A stretch of DNA of 64,000 bases from NCBI GenBank assembly GCA_965221775.1, contig CBDCSU010000006.1:352001-416000 (forward strand), given 5' to 3'. The notes beneath the pieces were generated by a model. It did no database searches. It saw only the letters and a list, made by a program, of their open reading frames with translations, and was not told where the DNA came from. Source of the stretch: Candidatus Latescibacterota bacterium (GTDB taxonomy: Bacteria > Latescibacterota > UBA2968 > UBA8231). Shown here in pieces: positions 1 to 8,380 of this stretch (its first letter is position 1; each line of letters opens with the position of its first letter). The position numbers and the translations under genes are program-made.

Positions 1-2
1 AT

Positions 3-278
3 CCCGACTGCCACAACGTCAAACCCTTCTCCCTGGGCATCTCCTGCCCCGACTGCGAGGAGGGCGACATAGTGGAGAAGCAATCGCGCAAGGGGAAGGT
101 GTTCTTCGGCTGCAACCGCTACCCGAAGTGCAAGTTCGCCAGCTGGGACAAGCCGGTGGACGGCCCCTGCCCCCAGTGCGAGGCCCCCCTGCTCTACGAG
201 AAGGCCAGCCGCACCGGTCCGCCCTCTCTCCACTGCAAGGTCTGCGACAGCCGCTTCGAGAACACCCAGGCCGCCTGA
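3..278 (+). CDS. topA: DNA topoisomerase I, C-terminal zinc-ribbon repeats (5'-partial)
   Basis: Frame open from the window start: PDCHNVKPFSLGISCPDCEEGDIVEKQSRKGKVFFGCNRYPKCKF...CPQC...CKVC, matching TopA C4 zinc fingers; lies upstream of a xerC-like gene, the usual synteny. Confidence 0.85.
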   Translation, partial: PDCHNVKPFSLGISCPDCEEGDIVEKQSRKGKVFFGCNRYPKCKFASWDKPVDGPCPQCEAPLLYEKASRTGPPSLHCKVCDSRFENTQAA

Positions 279-305
279 TGCGGGCGGCGTGACCGCCGCT
301 CATCC

Positions 306-1271
306 GTGAACCCTCCGACCCTGAGCCCGCATACCGCCGTCGAGACGGGTATCGAGCTCTTCCTCGCCTCCCTGGCCGAGGCCGGCCCCTTTGGCCGGTC
401 CCCCCTGAGCCCCGGGACCCGGCGCGCCTATGGCGTCGACCTCGACCAGTTCTCCCGCTTCCTGCACACCCGGGTCACCGCGCCCACCGTGGCCAACGTC
501 CCCGCCGAGGCGGTGGCCGCCTTCGCCGGGCATCTGACCGAGGCGGGACGGTCGCCGCGCACCGTGGCCCGCAAGCTCGCCGCCGTGCGCCGCCTGTTCC
601 GCTTCCTGGGGTCGCAAGGGGTATGCCCTTCCGATCCCTCCGCGGGGGTCCGGCCCCCCGCTCCGTCCGCCGACCCGGCTCCCCCCACCCCCGAGGAGAT
701 ACGCGCCCTGCTCGCCCTTCCCGAACGCGGCTCCTTCACCGGCGCCCGGAACCGGGCCCTGCTGGAGTTGATCTACGGCGGCGGGCTGCGGCTCTCGGAA
801 GCGGTGAACCTGAACCTGAGCCACCTGGGCCTGGCCGATGGCCGGCTGCGCATCGCCGGCGCCAGCCCCCGCGCCGTACCCCTGGGGACCCAGGCGGCGG
901 AGGCGCTGCGGGCGTACCTGCTGCGCCGCGCCGAGATGCTCCTGACCCGCGAGATCTCCTCGGTCGACGCCGGCGCGCTCTTCGTCAGCGCCAGGGGCCG
1001 CAGGCTGCACCCGCGCTCGATCCAGCGCATCGTCGACCGCTACCTGCGCCACCTGGAGGCGCCGCCGGGCCGGCCGCACGCGGGACCTCCCCGCCACCGG
1101 GGCACCGGCCAGCTGCGCGCCGCCTGCGCCCGGCACCTTGTCGAGGCGGGGGCCGACCCGGGCCTCGTCTCCGCCCTCCTGGACCGCCGGACGGCGGCCT
1201 CCGACCCGGACCGCGGCCGGGACATCTCCGAGCTCACGGCCCGCTACCGGCAGGCCCACCCCCGGGCTTAG
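306..1271 (+). CDS. xerC: XerC-like tyrosine recombinase with degenerate catalytic residues
   Basis: SAM-like N-domain (TRRAYGVDL, RTVARKLAAVRRLFRFL), box I RNRALLELIYGGGLRLSE and C-terminal YRQAHPRA typical of XerC/D; K, HxxR His, LGH His and catalytic Tyr are absent. Confidence 0.8.
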   Translation: MNPPTLSPHTAVETGIELFLASLAEAGPFGRSPLSPGTRRAYGVDLDQFSRFLHTRVTAPTVANVPAEAVAAFAGHLTEAGRSPRTVARKLAAVRRLFRFLGSQGVCPSDPSAGVRPPAPSADPAPPTPEEIRALLALPERGSFTGARNRALLELIYGGGLRLSEAVNLNLSHLGLADGRLRIAGASPRAVPLGTQAAEALRAYLLRRAEMLLTREISSVDAGALFVSARGRRLHPRSIQRIVDRYLRHLEAPPGRPHAGPPRHRGTGQLRAACARHLVEAGADPGLVSALLDRRTAASDPDRGRDISELTARYRQAHPRA

Positions 1272-1279
1272 CGGTCCCC

Positions 1280-2890
1280 ATGCCGCGCCTGCTCTGCGCC
1301 GCCGCCTTCGCCGCGGCCCTCGGCTGCGCCAAGCAGGGCCGGCCCACGGGAGGGCCGGTGGACGAGAGCGCTCCCGTCGTGGTGGCCCACCAGCCCGCCG
1401 CCGACGCCACCGGCGTCGATCCCCGCCGGAGCGTGACCATCGAGTTCAGCGAGGCCATGGATCGAGAGCGGACGGAGGCGGCGGTCTTCCTGGCTCCCCG
1501 GGTCGACTTCCGCGCCAGGTGGAGGGGCCGCCGCCTGGAGATCACGGTCCCCTCGGGGCTAGCCGAGGAGCGGACCTACGTCGTCACCATCGGCACCGAC
1601 GCGCGGGACCTGCGCGGCAACCGCCTCGAGCAGTCCTTCCAGCTCGCCTTCGCCACCGGCGGCCGGCTCGACGCCGGAAGCCTCTCCGGGCGCGTGCTGA
1701 CGGCGGACCTCGAGCCCCGGAGAGGCGCCTTCGTCTGGGCCTACGACATGGCCCACTTCAGCGGCCGCACCGGCACCGACCCGCCGGCCTACGTCACCCA
1801 GAGCGGGACCGACGGCGGCTTCCGGTTCGACCGGCTCGCCGCCAGCCGTTACCGCACGATCGCCTTCGTCGACGGCAACCGGAACCAGCGGCCGGACCGG
1901 GGAGAGCCCCTCGGCCTCGCCCACGGCGACATCGCGGCCTCCACCGATGGAGAGGCCGACGCCGGGGTGCTCGTGCTGGCGGACCGGGAGCCCGGCAACC
2001 GCGTGCAGCGGATCAGCGCCGTCGACCGGCGGCGGATCCTGCTGGCCTTCGAGAAAGGGGTGGAGGCCGCCGACCTGCGGGTGGAGATCGAAACCCTCGC
2101 CGTGGAGCAGCTCTACCCTCTGCCCACGGATTCCAGGAGGGTCCACGTGGTCACCGCCGAGCAGGAGCCGGGCCGGAGCTACCGCGTCAGCGTGCTCCTG
2201 GCCGGCCGCGACGTGGAGGTTCCGCCAGAGCCGGTGCGCGGGACAGACCGCGAGGACCGCCGCCCACCCCAGGTCGTCGAGTCCGGCCCCCGCGGGCCGG
2301 CGATCGAGGCGGATTCCCTCGTGCTCACCTTCTCCGAGGCGATGGACGCCAGCACCGTTCCCGGCGGCCAGGACTGGGCCGCGCCCGACTCCACCTCTCC
2401 CCCTCCCGCCGGCCGCTGGCGCTGGTCGGACGCCCTGACCCTGGCCTTCCTCCCCGGGCCGCCCATGGAGCCCGGCTCCCACCGTCTGGAGGTGCGGCTC
2501 GACGGCCTCCGCGACCGGGCCGGCAACGCCCCGCGGGACTCGACGGCCGTCTTCGACTTCGAGCTGCTCGCGGCCTCCGACCGGGCGACGGTGGAAGGGA
2601 AGGCCGCGTGGCCGGCGGCGAAGGGGCCGGTGCGAGTGCGGCTCCACCGGCCGGGGGGCCCGGCGCGGACCGCCGCCGCCGACTCGGCGGGTCTCTTCAT
2701 CTTCACCCGGGTCGCCCCCGGCAGGTACCGGCTCTCGGCCTTCGCCGACCGCGACGGAGACGGGGAGCACGGCCTCGGCCGCCTCGACCCCTACACGCCG
2801 GCGGAACCGGTCGCCCTCGGCGGCGAGGTGATCGTCGAGCGCGGCCAGCGTCTCCGGGTCCGGGTGCCCGGGGAAGTCCCGTCACCGTGA
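1280..2890 (+). CDS. Lipoprotein with Ig-like (Big_5) and carboxypeptidase-regulatory-like domains
   Basis: ATG 1280; lipobox AALGC followed by AKQGRPTGGPVD..P; two FSEAMD Big_5-type motifs; DGNRN and DRDGDG calcium-type loops. Confidence 0.75.
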   Translation: MPRLLCAAAFAAALGCAKQGRPTGGPVDESAPVVVAHQPAADATGVDPRRSVTIEFSEAMDRERTEAAVFLAPRVDFRARWRGRRLEITVPSGLAEERTYVVTIGTDARDLRGNRLEQSFQLAFATGGRLDAGSLSGRVLTADLEPRRGAFVWAYDMAHFSGRTGTDPPAYVTQSGTDGGFRFDRLAASRYRTIAFVDGNRNQRPDRGEPLGLAHGDIAASTDGEADAGVLVLADREPGNRVQRISAVDRRRILLAFEKGVEAADLRVEIETLAVEQLYPLPTDSRRVHVVTAEQEPGRSYRVSVLLAGRDVEVPPEPVRGTDREDRRPPQVVESGPRGPAIEADSLVLTFSEAMDASTVPGGQDWAAPDSTSPPPAGRWRWSDALTLAFLPGPPMEPGSHRLEVRLDGLRDRAGNAPRDSTAVFDFELLAASDRATVEGKAAWPAAKGPVRVRLHRPGGPARTAAADSAGLFIFTRVAPGRYRLSAFADRDGDGEHGLGRLDPYTPAEPVALGGEVIVERGQRLRVRVPGEVPSP

Positions 2891-3279
2891 ACGAGGTCGA
2901 CTCCCCTGCCCCGGGGCGGCGGTGGTGGCCCTGGCTGGAGCTGGGGCTCCTCCTGGCCCTCCTGGCCGGCATCGGCATCGTGGGGTTCTCGCGGCTGACG
3001 GTGACCGAGAGGCTGACCATCCAGCTGGAGGCGGGTCTGCAACAGCTCCACGAGATGGAGATCGACCACCTGCGGCGGCACGGGCGCTTCTTCCCCCCGA
3101 AGGACCCGGCGTACGCTCCCTACCTGACCTGGATGCGGCTCTACGAGGTCGAGGCCGCTCACGAGGGGCGGCAGTCCTTCTCCGTCGTGGTGCGCGCCGA
3201 CATCGACGGCGACGGGCGACCCGGCGTCTGGCGGATCGATCAGACCTCGCCGGAGGTGCAGCGCCTTCAGGAGGACTGA
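2887..3279 (+). CDS. Type IV pilin-like membrane protein (degenerate)
   Basis: GTG overlaps the upstream TGA; LELGLLLALLAGIGIVGF hydrophobic helix, EAGLQQL...HGRF and DIDGDG..WRID resemble PilE-type pilins. Confidence 0.55.
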   Translation: MNEVDSPAPGRRWWPWLELGLLLALLAGIGIVGFSRLTVTERLTIQLEAGLQQLHEMEIDHLRRHGRFFPPKDPAYAPYLTWMRLYEVEAAHEGRQSFSVVVRADIDGDGRPGVWRIDQTSPEVQRLQED

Positions 3280-3295
3280 AGGCCGATCGAGGGAG

Positions 3296-4150
3296 TCAGC
3301 GCGGGTACAGACGCGGCTCGGCGGTGATGCCCGCCGGATAGGTGCCCACCAGGTGCTGGCCGGCGACGAGGCCGGCCACCTCCCGCAGCGCCCCGGCGGC
3401 CGGCTCGGCGGCGGCGTCGCCGGCGAAGTCGAGGTACACCAGGTAGGCCCAGGGACGGCCCACCCGCTTGCGGGTTTCCACCTTCAGGACCTCCAGCCCC
3501 GCACGGGTCAGCTGGCCGAGGACGGCGGGCAGGCCGGCGGCGGTGTGGTCCATCTCGAGGACCACCGTCGTCTTCGGGGAGCCGCCGGATTCGGTGCCCT
3601 CGCCCAGGACGAGGAAGCGGGTGAAGTTGTGGCGCCCCGCCAGATCGGCGACCAGGACCTGCATGCCGTTGTCCTCCGCCGCCTGGGCGGTGGCGATGGC
3701 CGCCTCGTCGGAGCGGCCCTCGGCCTTGACCATCATGACCGCGCCGGCCGTGTCGTACACCGGCTCGACCTGGACCTCTTCGAGGCCGTCGAGGAACTCC
3801 CGGCACTGGGCCAGGGCCTGGGGATGGGAGCGGATGCGGCGCAGGTCCTCGAGACGGGTCCCGGCGGGGGCGATCAGGTGGTGGCCGATGCGCAGGCGGA
3901 TCTCGCCGCACACCGGCAGGGGCCGCTCGCGCAGCAGGTCCCAGACCTCGTGGATGCTGCCGGCCAGGGAGTTCTCCACCGGGGCCATGGCGGCCTCCGC
4001 GCGCCCCCGGGAGAGGGCGGAGAACAGAGCGGCGAAGGTGCGGCAGGGAAGGACGTCGACGTCACGTCCGTCGAAGTACTCGCGGGCGGCCAGCTCGCTG
4101 TTGCTGCCCAGCTCGCCCTGGACGGCCACGGTGAGAGCGGCGTCGGTCAT
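3296..4150 (-). CDS. pheA: Prephenate dehydratase (PDT plus ACT domain)
   Basis: QGELGSNSE, PVENSLAGSI, SHPQALAQC, NFTRF motifs; start MTDAALTVAVQG at 4150. Confidence 0.93.
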   Translation of the reverse strand: MTDAALTVAVQGELGSNSELAAREYFDGRDVDVLPCRTFAALFSALSRGRAEAAMAPVENSLAGSIHEVWDLLRERPLPVCGEIRLRIGHHLIAPAGTRLEDLRRIRSHPQALAQCREFLDGLEEVQVEPVYDTAGAVMMVKAEGRSDEAAIATAQAAEDNGMQVLVADLAGRHNFTRFLVLGEGTESGGSPKTTVVLEMDHTAAGLPAVLGQLTRAGLEVLKVETRKRVGRPWAYLVYLDFAGDAAAEPAAGALREVAGLVAGQHLVGTYPAGITAEPRLYPR

Positions 4151-4239
4151 GGCGGGGAAGGCCCCGGGGAAGGACGGGCCCCCCGGGAGCTGGCGGATGG
4201 GGGCTGCATGCGCTGAATATAGGGACCGCAAGTACCGCG

Positions 4240-4268
4240 TTGACAGGGACTTGCCTGCCCGGTAGGTT
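4240..4268 (+). promoter_or_regulatory. Sigma70-type promoter for the tRNA pair
   Basis: TTGACA-N17-TAGGTT, 17 nt upstream of tRNA-Cys. Confidence 0.7.
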
Positions 4269-4285
4269 CTGCCGGCCCGCATTCC

Positions 4286-4359
4286 GGCGGCGTGGCCAAG
4301 TGGTAAGGCAAGGGCCTGCAAAGCCCATATCCCCGGTTCGATTCCGGGCGCCGCCTCCA
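4286..4359 (+). tRNA. tRNA-Cys (GCA)
   Basis: Acceptor GGCGGCG/CGCCGCC, anticodon loop CTGCAAA, T-arm CCCGG-TTCGATT-CCGGG, U73 discriminator, encoded CCA. Confidence 0.96.
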
Positions 4360-4425
4360 GACCTTCCAACGGCCTCGTCCGCATCCACGCGGGTGAGGCC
4401 TTTCTCATTCGCTACCTTTGTGGCA

Positions 4426-4514
4426 GCCGGGGTGGCGGAACGGGTAGACGCAGCGGACTTAAAATCCGCCAGGCCGCAGGGCCTGTAGGGGTTCGAGTCC
4501 CCTCCCCGGCACCA
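4426..4514 (+). tRNA. tRNA-Leu (TAA)
   Basis: Acceptor GCCGGGG/CCCCGGC, anticodon loop CTTAAAA, long variable arm, GTTCGAGTC, ACCA end. Confidence 0.96.
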
Positions 4515-4536
4515 CCTTTATTTTCAAATTGTTGTC

Positions 4537-4578
4537 GCAGAATGGTTTAGGCGGTCACCCGCCTAGACCATTATTGCG
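4537..4578 (+). terminator. Hairpin downstream of tRNA-Leu (terminator or att-associated)
   Basis: AATGGTTTAGGCGG...CCGCCTAGACCATT inverted repeat in AT-richer sequence between the tRNA and a convergent ORF. Confidence 0.55.
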
Positions 4579-4585
4579 TCTGGTA

Positions 4586-4852
4586 TCACTCCACCTCTCC
4601 AGCACACTTGTCCGCTTGAACCTCGATGGACTTCAGTATCCAAGACGTGTGTATATCGCTCGTATAGGGATGGTGGAAGTCCTCCATGTAACAACCCTCG
4701 TAGCCAGGCACCGAAGGAGTAAACGTCCAGCGCCAGAACATCTCGCCCCCCTCTGTGACTCTCTTCCTCACCACGCCACCGACCGGCTGGCCGTCGACTT
4801 GGATCAGATACCCCTTCGGCTGATCCGTTCGCGCGTAAGTCACTTCCGGCAT
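4586..4852 (-). CDS. Hypothetical protein, possibly mobile-element derived
   Basis: 88-aa ORF with normal composition in lower-GC DNA next to the tRNA 3' end. Confidence 0.5.
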   Translation of the reverse strand: MPEVTYARTDQPKGYLIQVDGQPVGGVVRKRVTEGGEMFWRWTFTPSVPGYEGCYMEDFHHPYTSDIHTSWILKSIEVQADKCAGEVE

Positions 4853-4855
4853 CGC

Positions 4856-5269
4856 CTATTCTCGCTCAATACTGAGAGAATGCAGTCTGATGCGGATCAG
4901 GTCCTCAAAGTTGCCATCGTCCCATTCCTCTCGCGTGAGAAGCAGGTCGTCACAGCGGAAGGTCAGATCTCCGTGCCCGTGCCGTTGCATCTCTGCCGCG
5001 AACCAGGTCTGGACTCGGAGGATTGCGTCCTTCATCGAATCGACCACCTCGGCGCGGAAGGGACGGTCCTGCGGTCGGAAGTAGACCAATCGCACGGTGC
5101 GGGGCTCGCCCACGTCCAGGTCCGCCAGCGGCTTGGCGACCGCCTGGAGCCGGTTGCGTTCCCAGCGGTCGAAATCGATGGTGGGGGAGGCGTGGGTGGG
5201 AGGGAGGAACGGTGAGAGTAAGGGGAGGATCGGCAGCAGGATTGCACAAGGGAGGACCGGGGTCTTCAT
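4856..5269 (-). pseudogene. Truncated/chimeric paralog of the N-terminus of the 52438-55851 protein
   Basis: Signal peptide plus DVGEPRTVRLVYF...MKDAILRVQTWFAAEMQRHGHGDLTFR aligns to DAGEPRTVRMIYF...MKTTIREVQRTFADQIRGHGFGERTFR; similarity stops near 4955. Confidence 0.7.
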
Positions 5270-5594
5270 GGATGTGCCCCAACCTGCAAAGACGTTGCTG
5301 TCGTGCCGTACCAGGTCAAGGGTGGCACACGGGAGAGGCCCAAGACACCGTTACACCGCCACCCTCGTCTCCGCATCCCCGGCCGTTCGTAGTAGGGTCG
5401 GTCGTGTCCGTTGCGCACTCCCATTCGGGAACTCTCCTGCCCCGGTGATCCGGGGCCGGGCCGGCTAGGCGGTAGGCGAGATAGGTGCGACTGTTGAGGG
5501 AACGCCGACCAGTACCCAAGCGAGGCTGAGCAACGAAGTTGATCGCATGACCTGTTTCCTCTTGGGTGTTCGATCGCCCACGGGTACGGCGCCG

Positions 5595-8138
5595 TCAAAA
5601 AGGAGGGCAGCGGTATCCCGCGGGCGCGGACAGGGCAATCCACACAGGACCCTCCAGCCCGGTGGCCACGAGGTCTTCCACCCGGGACCCGTCGAGGTTG
5701 GCCCGCTGGATCTTGTCGGTGCCCGGATCCGCCCAGTAGAGCTTGCCTTCCGCCACATCCACGGCGAGTCCCCGAGGCGTCGTCAGGCCGGTGGTGACCA
5801 GATCCTCGACCCGTGAGCCATCGAGGTTGGCCCGCTGAATCTTGTCGGTACCGAAGTCGCTCCAGTACATCTTGCCGCCGACAAGGTCCAGGGCCAGCCC
5901 GGCGGGACCGGTCAGTCCGGTGGTGATCAGATCTTCCACCCGGGACCCGTCGAGGTTGGCCCGCTGGATCTTGTCGGTGCCGTAGTCGGTCCAGTACATC
6001 TGGCCCAGGTCCAGATCCAGGGCCAGCCCGTTGGGGAAGCTCAGTCCGGTGGTGACCAGATCCTCGACCTGTGAGCCGTCGAGGTTGGCCCGCTGGATCT
6101 TGTCGGTGCCCCGGTCGGTCCAGTACATCTGGCCGCGTCCCACATCCAGGACCACCGCTCCCGGGATGGCCAGTCCGGTGGTGACGAGGTCTTCCACCTG
6201 CGACCCATCGAGGTTGGCCCGCTGGATCTTGTCGGCGCCGAAGTCGCTCCAGTAGACCTTGCCGCCGGCCTTGTCCACCGTCACGCCATAGGGATTGACC
6301 AGTCCGGTGGCAATCAGATCCTCGACGCCGGAGCCGTCGACATTGGCCCGTTGAATCTTGTTGCTGGTCCAGTCCGCCCAGTACATCTTGGGGACCGAAC
6401 CACCCAGGGCAATGGCCTCTGGATACTCCAGGCCGGTGGTGACCAAGTCTTCGACCCGGGAGCCGTCCAGGTTCGCCCGATGAATCGTCCCGGTGTCGTA
6501 GTAGTCGTCGTAGTCCCAGGCCGTCCAGTACATCTTGCCCCCGGCCAAGTCCAGGGCCAGCGCGTTGGGATCGCCCAGGGTGGTGACCAAGTCTTCGACC
6601 CGGGAGCCGTCCAGGTTCGCCCGATGAATCGTCCGGCTGTCGAAGTCCGTCCAGTACATCTTGTCGGCGGCCAGATCCAAGGCCAGCCCGCAGGGCCCCC
6701 CGGTGCTGATGAGGTTTTCCACCTGCGACCCATCGAGGTTGGACCGCTGAACATACCCGGTGTCGTAGTCCACCCAGTACATCTTGTCGGCGGCCAGATC
6801 CAAGGCCAGCCCGCAGGCATAGTCGGTGCTGATGAGGTCTTCCACCTGCGATCCGTCGAGGTTGGACCGCTGGATCTTGCCGGTGCCGTAGTCGGTCCAG
6901 TACATCTTGCCCCCGGCCACGTCCAAGGCCAGCCTTTCGGGATAGATCAGCCCGGTGCTGATGAGGTCTTCCACCTGCGACCCATCGAGGTTGGACCGCT
7001 GAATCTTCTCGGTGCCCTTGTCCGTCCAGTACATCCTGCCCCCGGCCAAGTCCAGGGCCAGCCCGGAGGGCTCCTCCAAGCCGGCAACCACGAGGTCTTC
7101 CACATGCGACCCGTCGAGGTTGGCGCGCTGGATCTTGCCGGTGCCGGAGTCCGCCCAGTACATCTCGGTCAGTGCGACCACCGGGCCCACCGGCGGCCCG
7201 ATCCCGGCGGGCAGCACCGGATCCGACGGGTCGATGGTGTAGCGGGCGATCAGCCAGACGTCGGACAGGTCGACGCGGCCGTCGGCGTTGACGTCGCCTT
7301 GGGAGATGTCGCCGTCGTTGGGCATGACGGTGGTCGGATCGGCGCTGTACAGCAGCACCAGCAGGGCGTCAGTGATGTTGACCCGGCCGTTGTTGTCCAC
7401 GTCCCCCAACACCCCCGTCCCGGTCGAGGCCGTCTTCGCTCGAGGGCCGCCTCTGGAGGCCCGGACCACTACCTCGACCGGCCCTGCGGCGGCAGCCACC
7501 GGGAAAGCTGGATCCACGTAGGCGACCATCCCGGGGCCCGAGACGGTCAGGCCGTAGATCGCCGAAGCCGCCCACTGGGAAGCCTCCCCCTGCCCCTCTC
7601 CCGAGGGCGCCGGTACGCCGGCCTGTCCGTCGACCAGCACCATGCGCTCCGTCAGACTGACACCGTCGCCTCGAAGCCGGTAGAGATAGACCCCGGCCCC
7701 CACCGCCCGGCCCGCCGCATCCGTGGCGTCCCACGCTGCCGTGTGAAATCCGGCCGGCCGCACCCCGTCCACGAGCGTGGCGATGCGTTGCCCCAGGAGG
7801 TTGAACACGTCCAGCCGCACGTGCATCGAGGCCGGAAGCTGGTACGGGATGATCGTGGACGGGTTGAAGGGATTGGGGTAGTTGGCCCCCAGCTCGAACT
7901 GGTCCGGCAAGACCGACCGGCTGCCCGGACCGTCCAGGGACACTCGGAAATGACCGGACGCATCCGTGGTCGCCGCCAGCGGGGAGGCCCGCAGATCGGT
8001 CAGGTCGAAGAGCCGCACCTGCGCCCCGGGCACCGGTGCGCCCGACGGCAGCTGCACCCGGCCTTCGAGCAGCGGCCCGGCGCCAGCCGGTCCGGCGGCC
8101 ATCCAGGCCACGAGAAGCGATACGCCTACGCTGTGCAT
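5595..8138 (-). CDS. Secreted protein: FlgD-Ig/T9SS-like domain, dockerin-like pair, 12 YWTD (LDL-receptor class B) repeats
   Basis: Signal peptide from ATG 8138; NYPNPFNPST; GDVDNNGRVNITD and GDVNADGRVDLSD; twelve YW(T/S/A/V)D-type repeats with IQRANLDGS, enough for two six-bladed propellers. Confidence 0.88.
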   Translation of the reverse strand: MHSVGVSLLVAWMAAGPAGAGPLLEGRVQLPSGAPVPGAQVRLFDLTDLRASPLAATTDASGHFRVSLDGPGSRSVLPDQFELGANYPNPFNPSTIIPYQLPASMHVRLDVFNLLGQRIATLVDGVRPAGFHTAAWDATDAAGRAVGAGVYLYRLRGDGVSLTERMVLVDGQAGVPAPSGEGQGEASQWAASAIYGLTVSGPGMVAYVDPAFPVAAAAGPVEVVVRASRGGPRAKTASTGTGVLGDVDNNGRVNITDALLVLLYSADPTTVMPNDGDISQGDVNADGRVDLSDVWLIARYTIDPSDPVLPAGIGPPVGPVVALTEMYWADSGTGKIQRANLDGSHVEDLVVAGLEEPSGLALDLAGGRMYWTDKGTEKIQRSNLDGSQVEDLISTGLIYPERLALDVAGGKMYWTDYGTGKIQRSNLDGSQVEDLISTDYACGLALDLAADKMYWVDYDTGYVQRSNLDGSQVENLISTGGPCGLALDLAADKMYWTDFDSRTIHRANLDGSRVEDLVTTLGDPNALALDLAGGKMYWTAWDYDDYYDTGTIHRANLDGSRVEDLVTTGLEYPEAIALGGSVPKMYWADWTSNKIQRANVDGSGVEDLIATGLVNPYGVTVDKAGGKVYWSDFGADKIQRANLDGSQVEDLVTTGLAIPGAVVLDVGRGQMYWTDRGTDKIQRANLDGSQVEDLVTTGLSFPNGLALDLDLGQMYWTDYGTDKIQRANLDGSRVEDLITTGLTGPAGLALDLVGGKMYWSDFGTDKIQRANLDGSRVEDLVTTGLTTPRGLAVDVAEGKLYWADPGTDKIQRANLDGSRVEDLVATGLEGPVWIALSAPAGYRCPPF
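5640..7165 (-). repeat. Intragenic tandem repeats encoding YWTD blades (about 120-140 nt units)
   Basis: Repeated tcgaggttggcccgctggatcttgtcgg and ccagtacatcttg blocks, some identical over more than 40 nt. Confidence 0.85.
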
Positions 8139-8275
8139 CGGCGGTTGATACGGTCCATGACAGGGCTCCACCACACGGCGATGGTCCAGGCGAACAGGAA
8201 CACAAACCACATGGCCAAGAGCAGGATGTAGAGCAGGATGTAGGCCCCTACGACAGCGGCGATCTCGTCAGACAT
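8126..8275 (-). CDS. Small hydrophobic membrane protein (49 aa, not in the ORF track)
   Basis: RBS AGGAG; MSDEIAAVVGAYILLYILLLAMWFVFLFAWTIAVWWSPVMDRINRRCTA*; overlaps the YWTD gene start by 13 nt. Confidence 0.55.
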   Translation of the reverse strand: MSDEIAAVVGAYILLYILLLAMWFVFLFAWTIAVWWSPVMDRINRRCTA

Positions 8276-8380
8276 TCTCTCTTCTCCTGCAAGCAGCGCC
8301 CACGCGGACGAGGAAGCGGCCTTCGTTGGAGCCGGGAGCGTCGTGGTTGGATGCCTGGGAGCCGCCGGGGCGTTGTCCGG

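Noticed and set aside
306-1271. Integrase for the tRNA-Leu-adjacent region
   Set aside because: It is Xer-type, sits in the core topA context on the other side of the tRNAs, and lacks catalytic residues
3296-4408. 370-aa ORF extending pheA across tRNA-Cys
   Set aside because: The N-terminal extension is antisense tRNA and promoter sequence; the real start is 4150
4853-4858. Pyrrolysine or stop readthrough at the in-frame TAG
   Set aside because: No pyl genes in view, and the upstream ORF appears to be a chimeric remnant
5465-5549. 27-codon ORF MRSTSLLSLAWVLVGVPSTVAPISPTA with RBS
   Set aside because: Looks like a signal-peptide remnant; too short to call
5640-7165. Regularly spaced repeats resembling a CRISPR array
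   Set aside because: They are in-frame coding YWTD repeats with codon-position variation; no unique spacers and no cas genes
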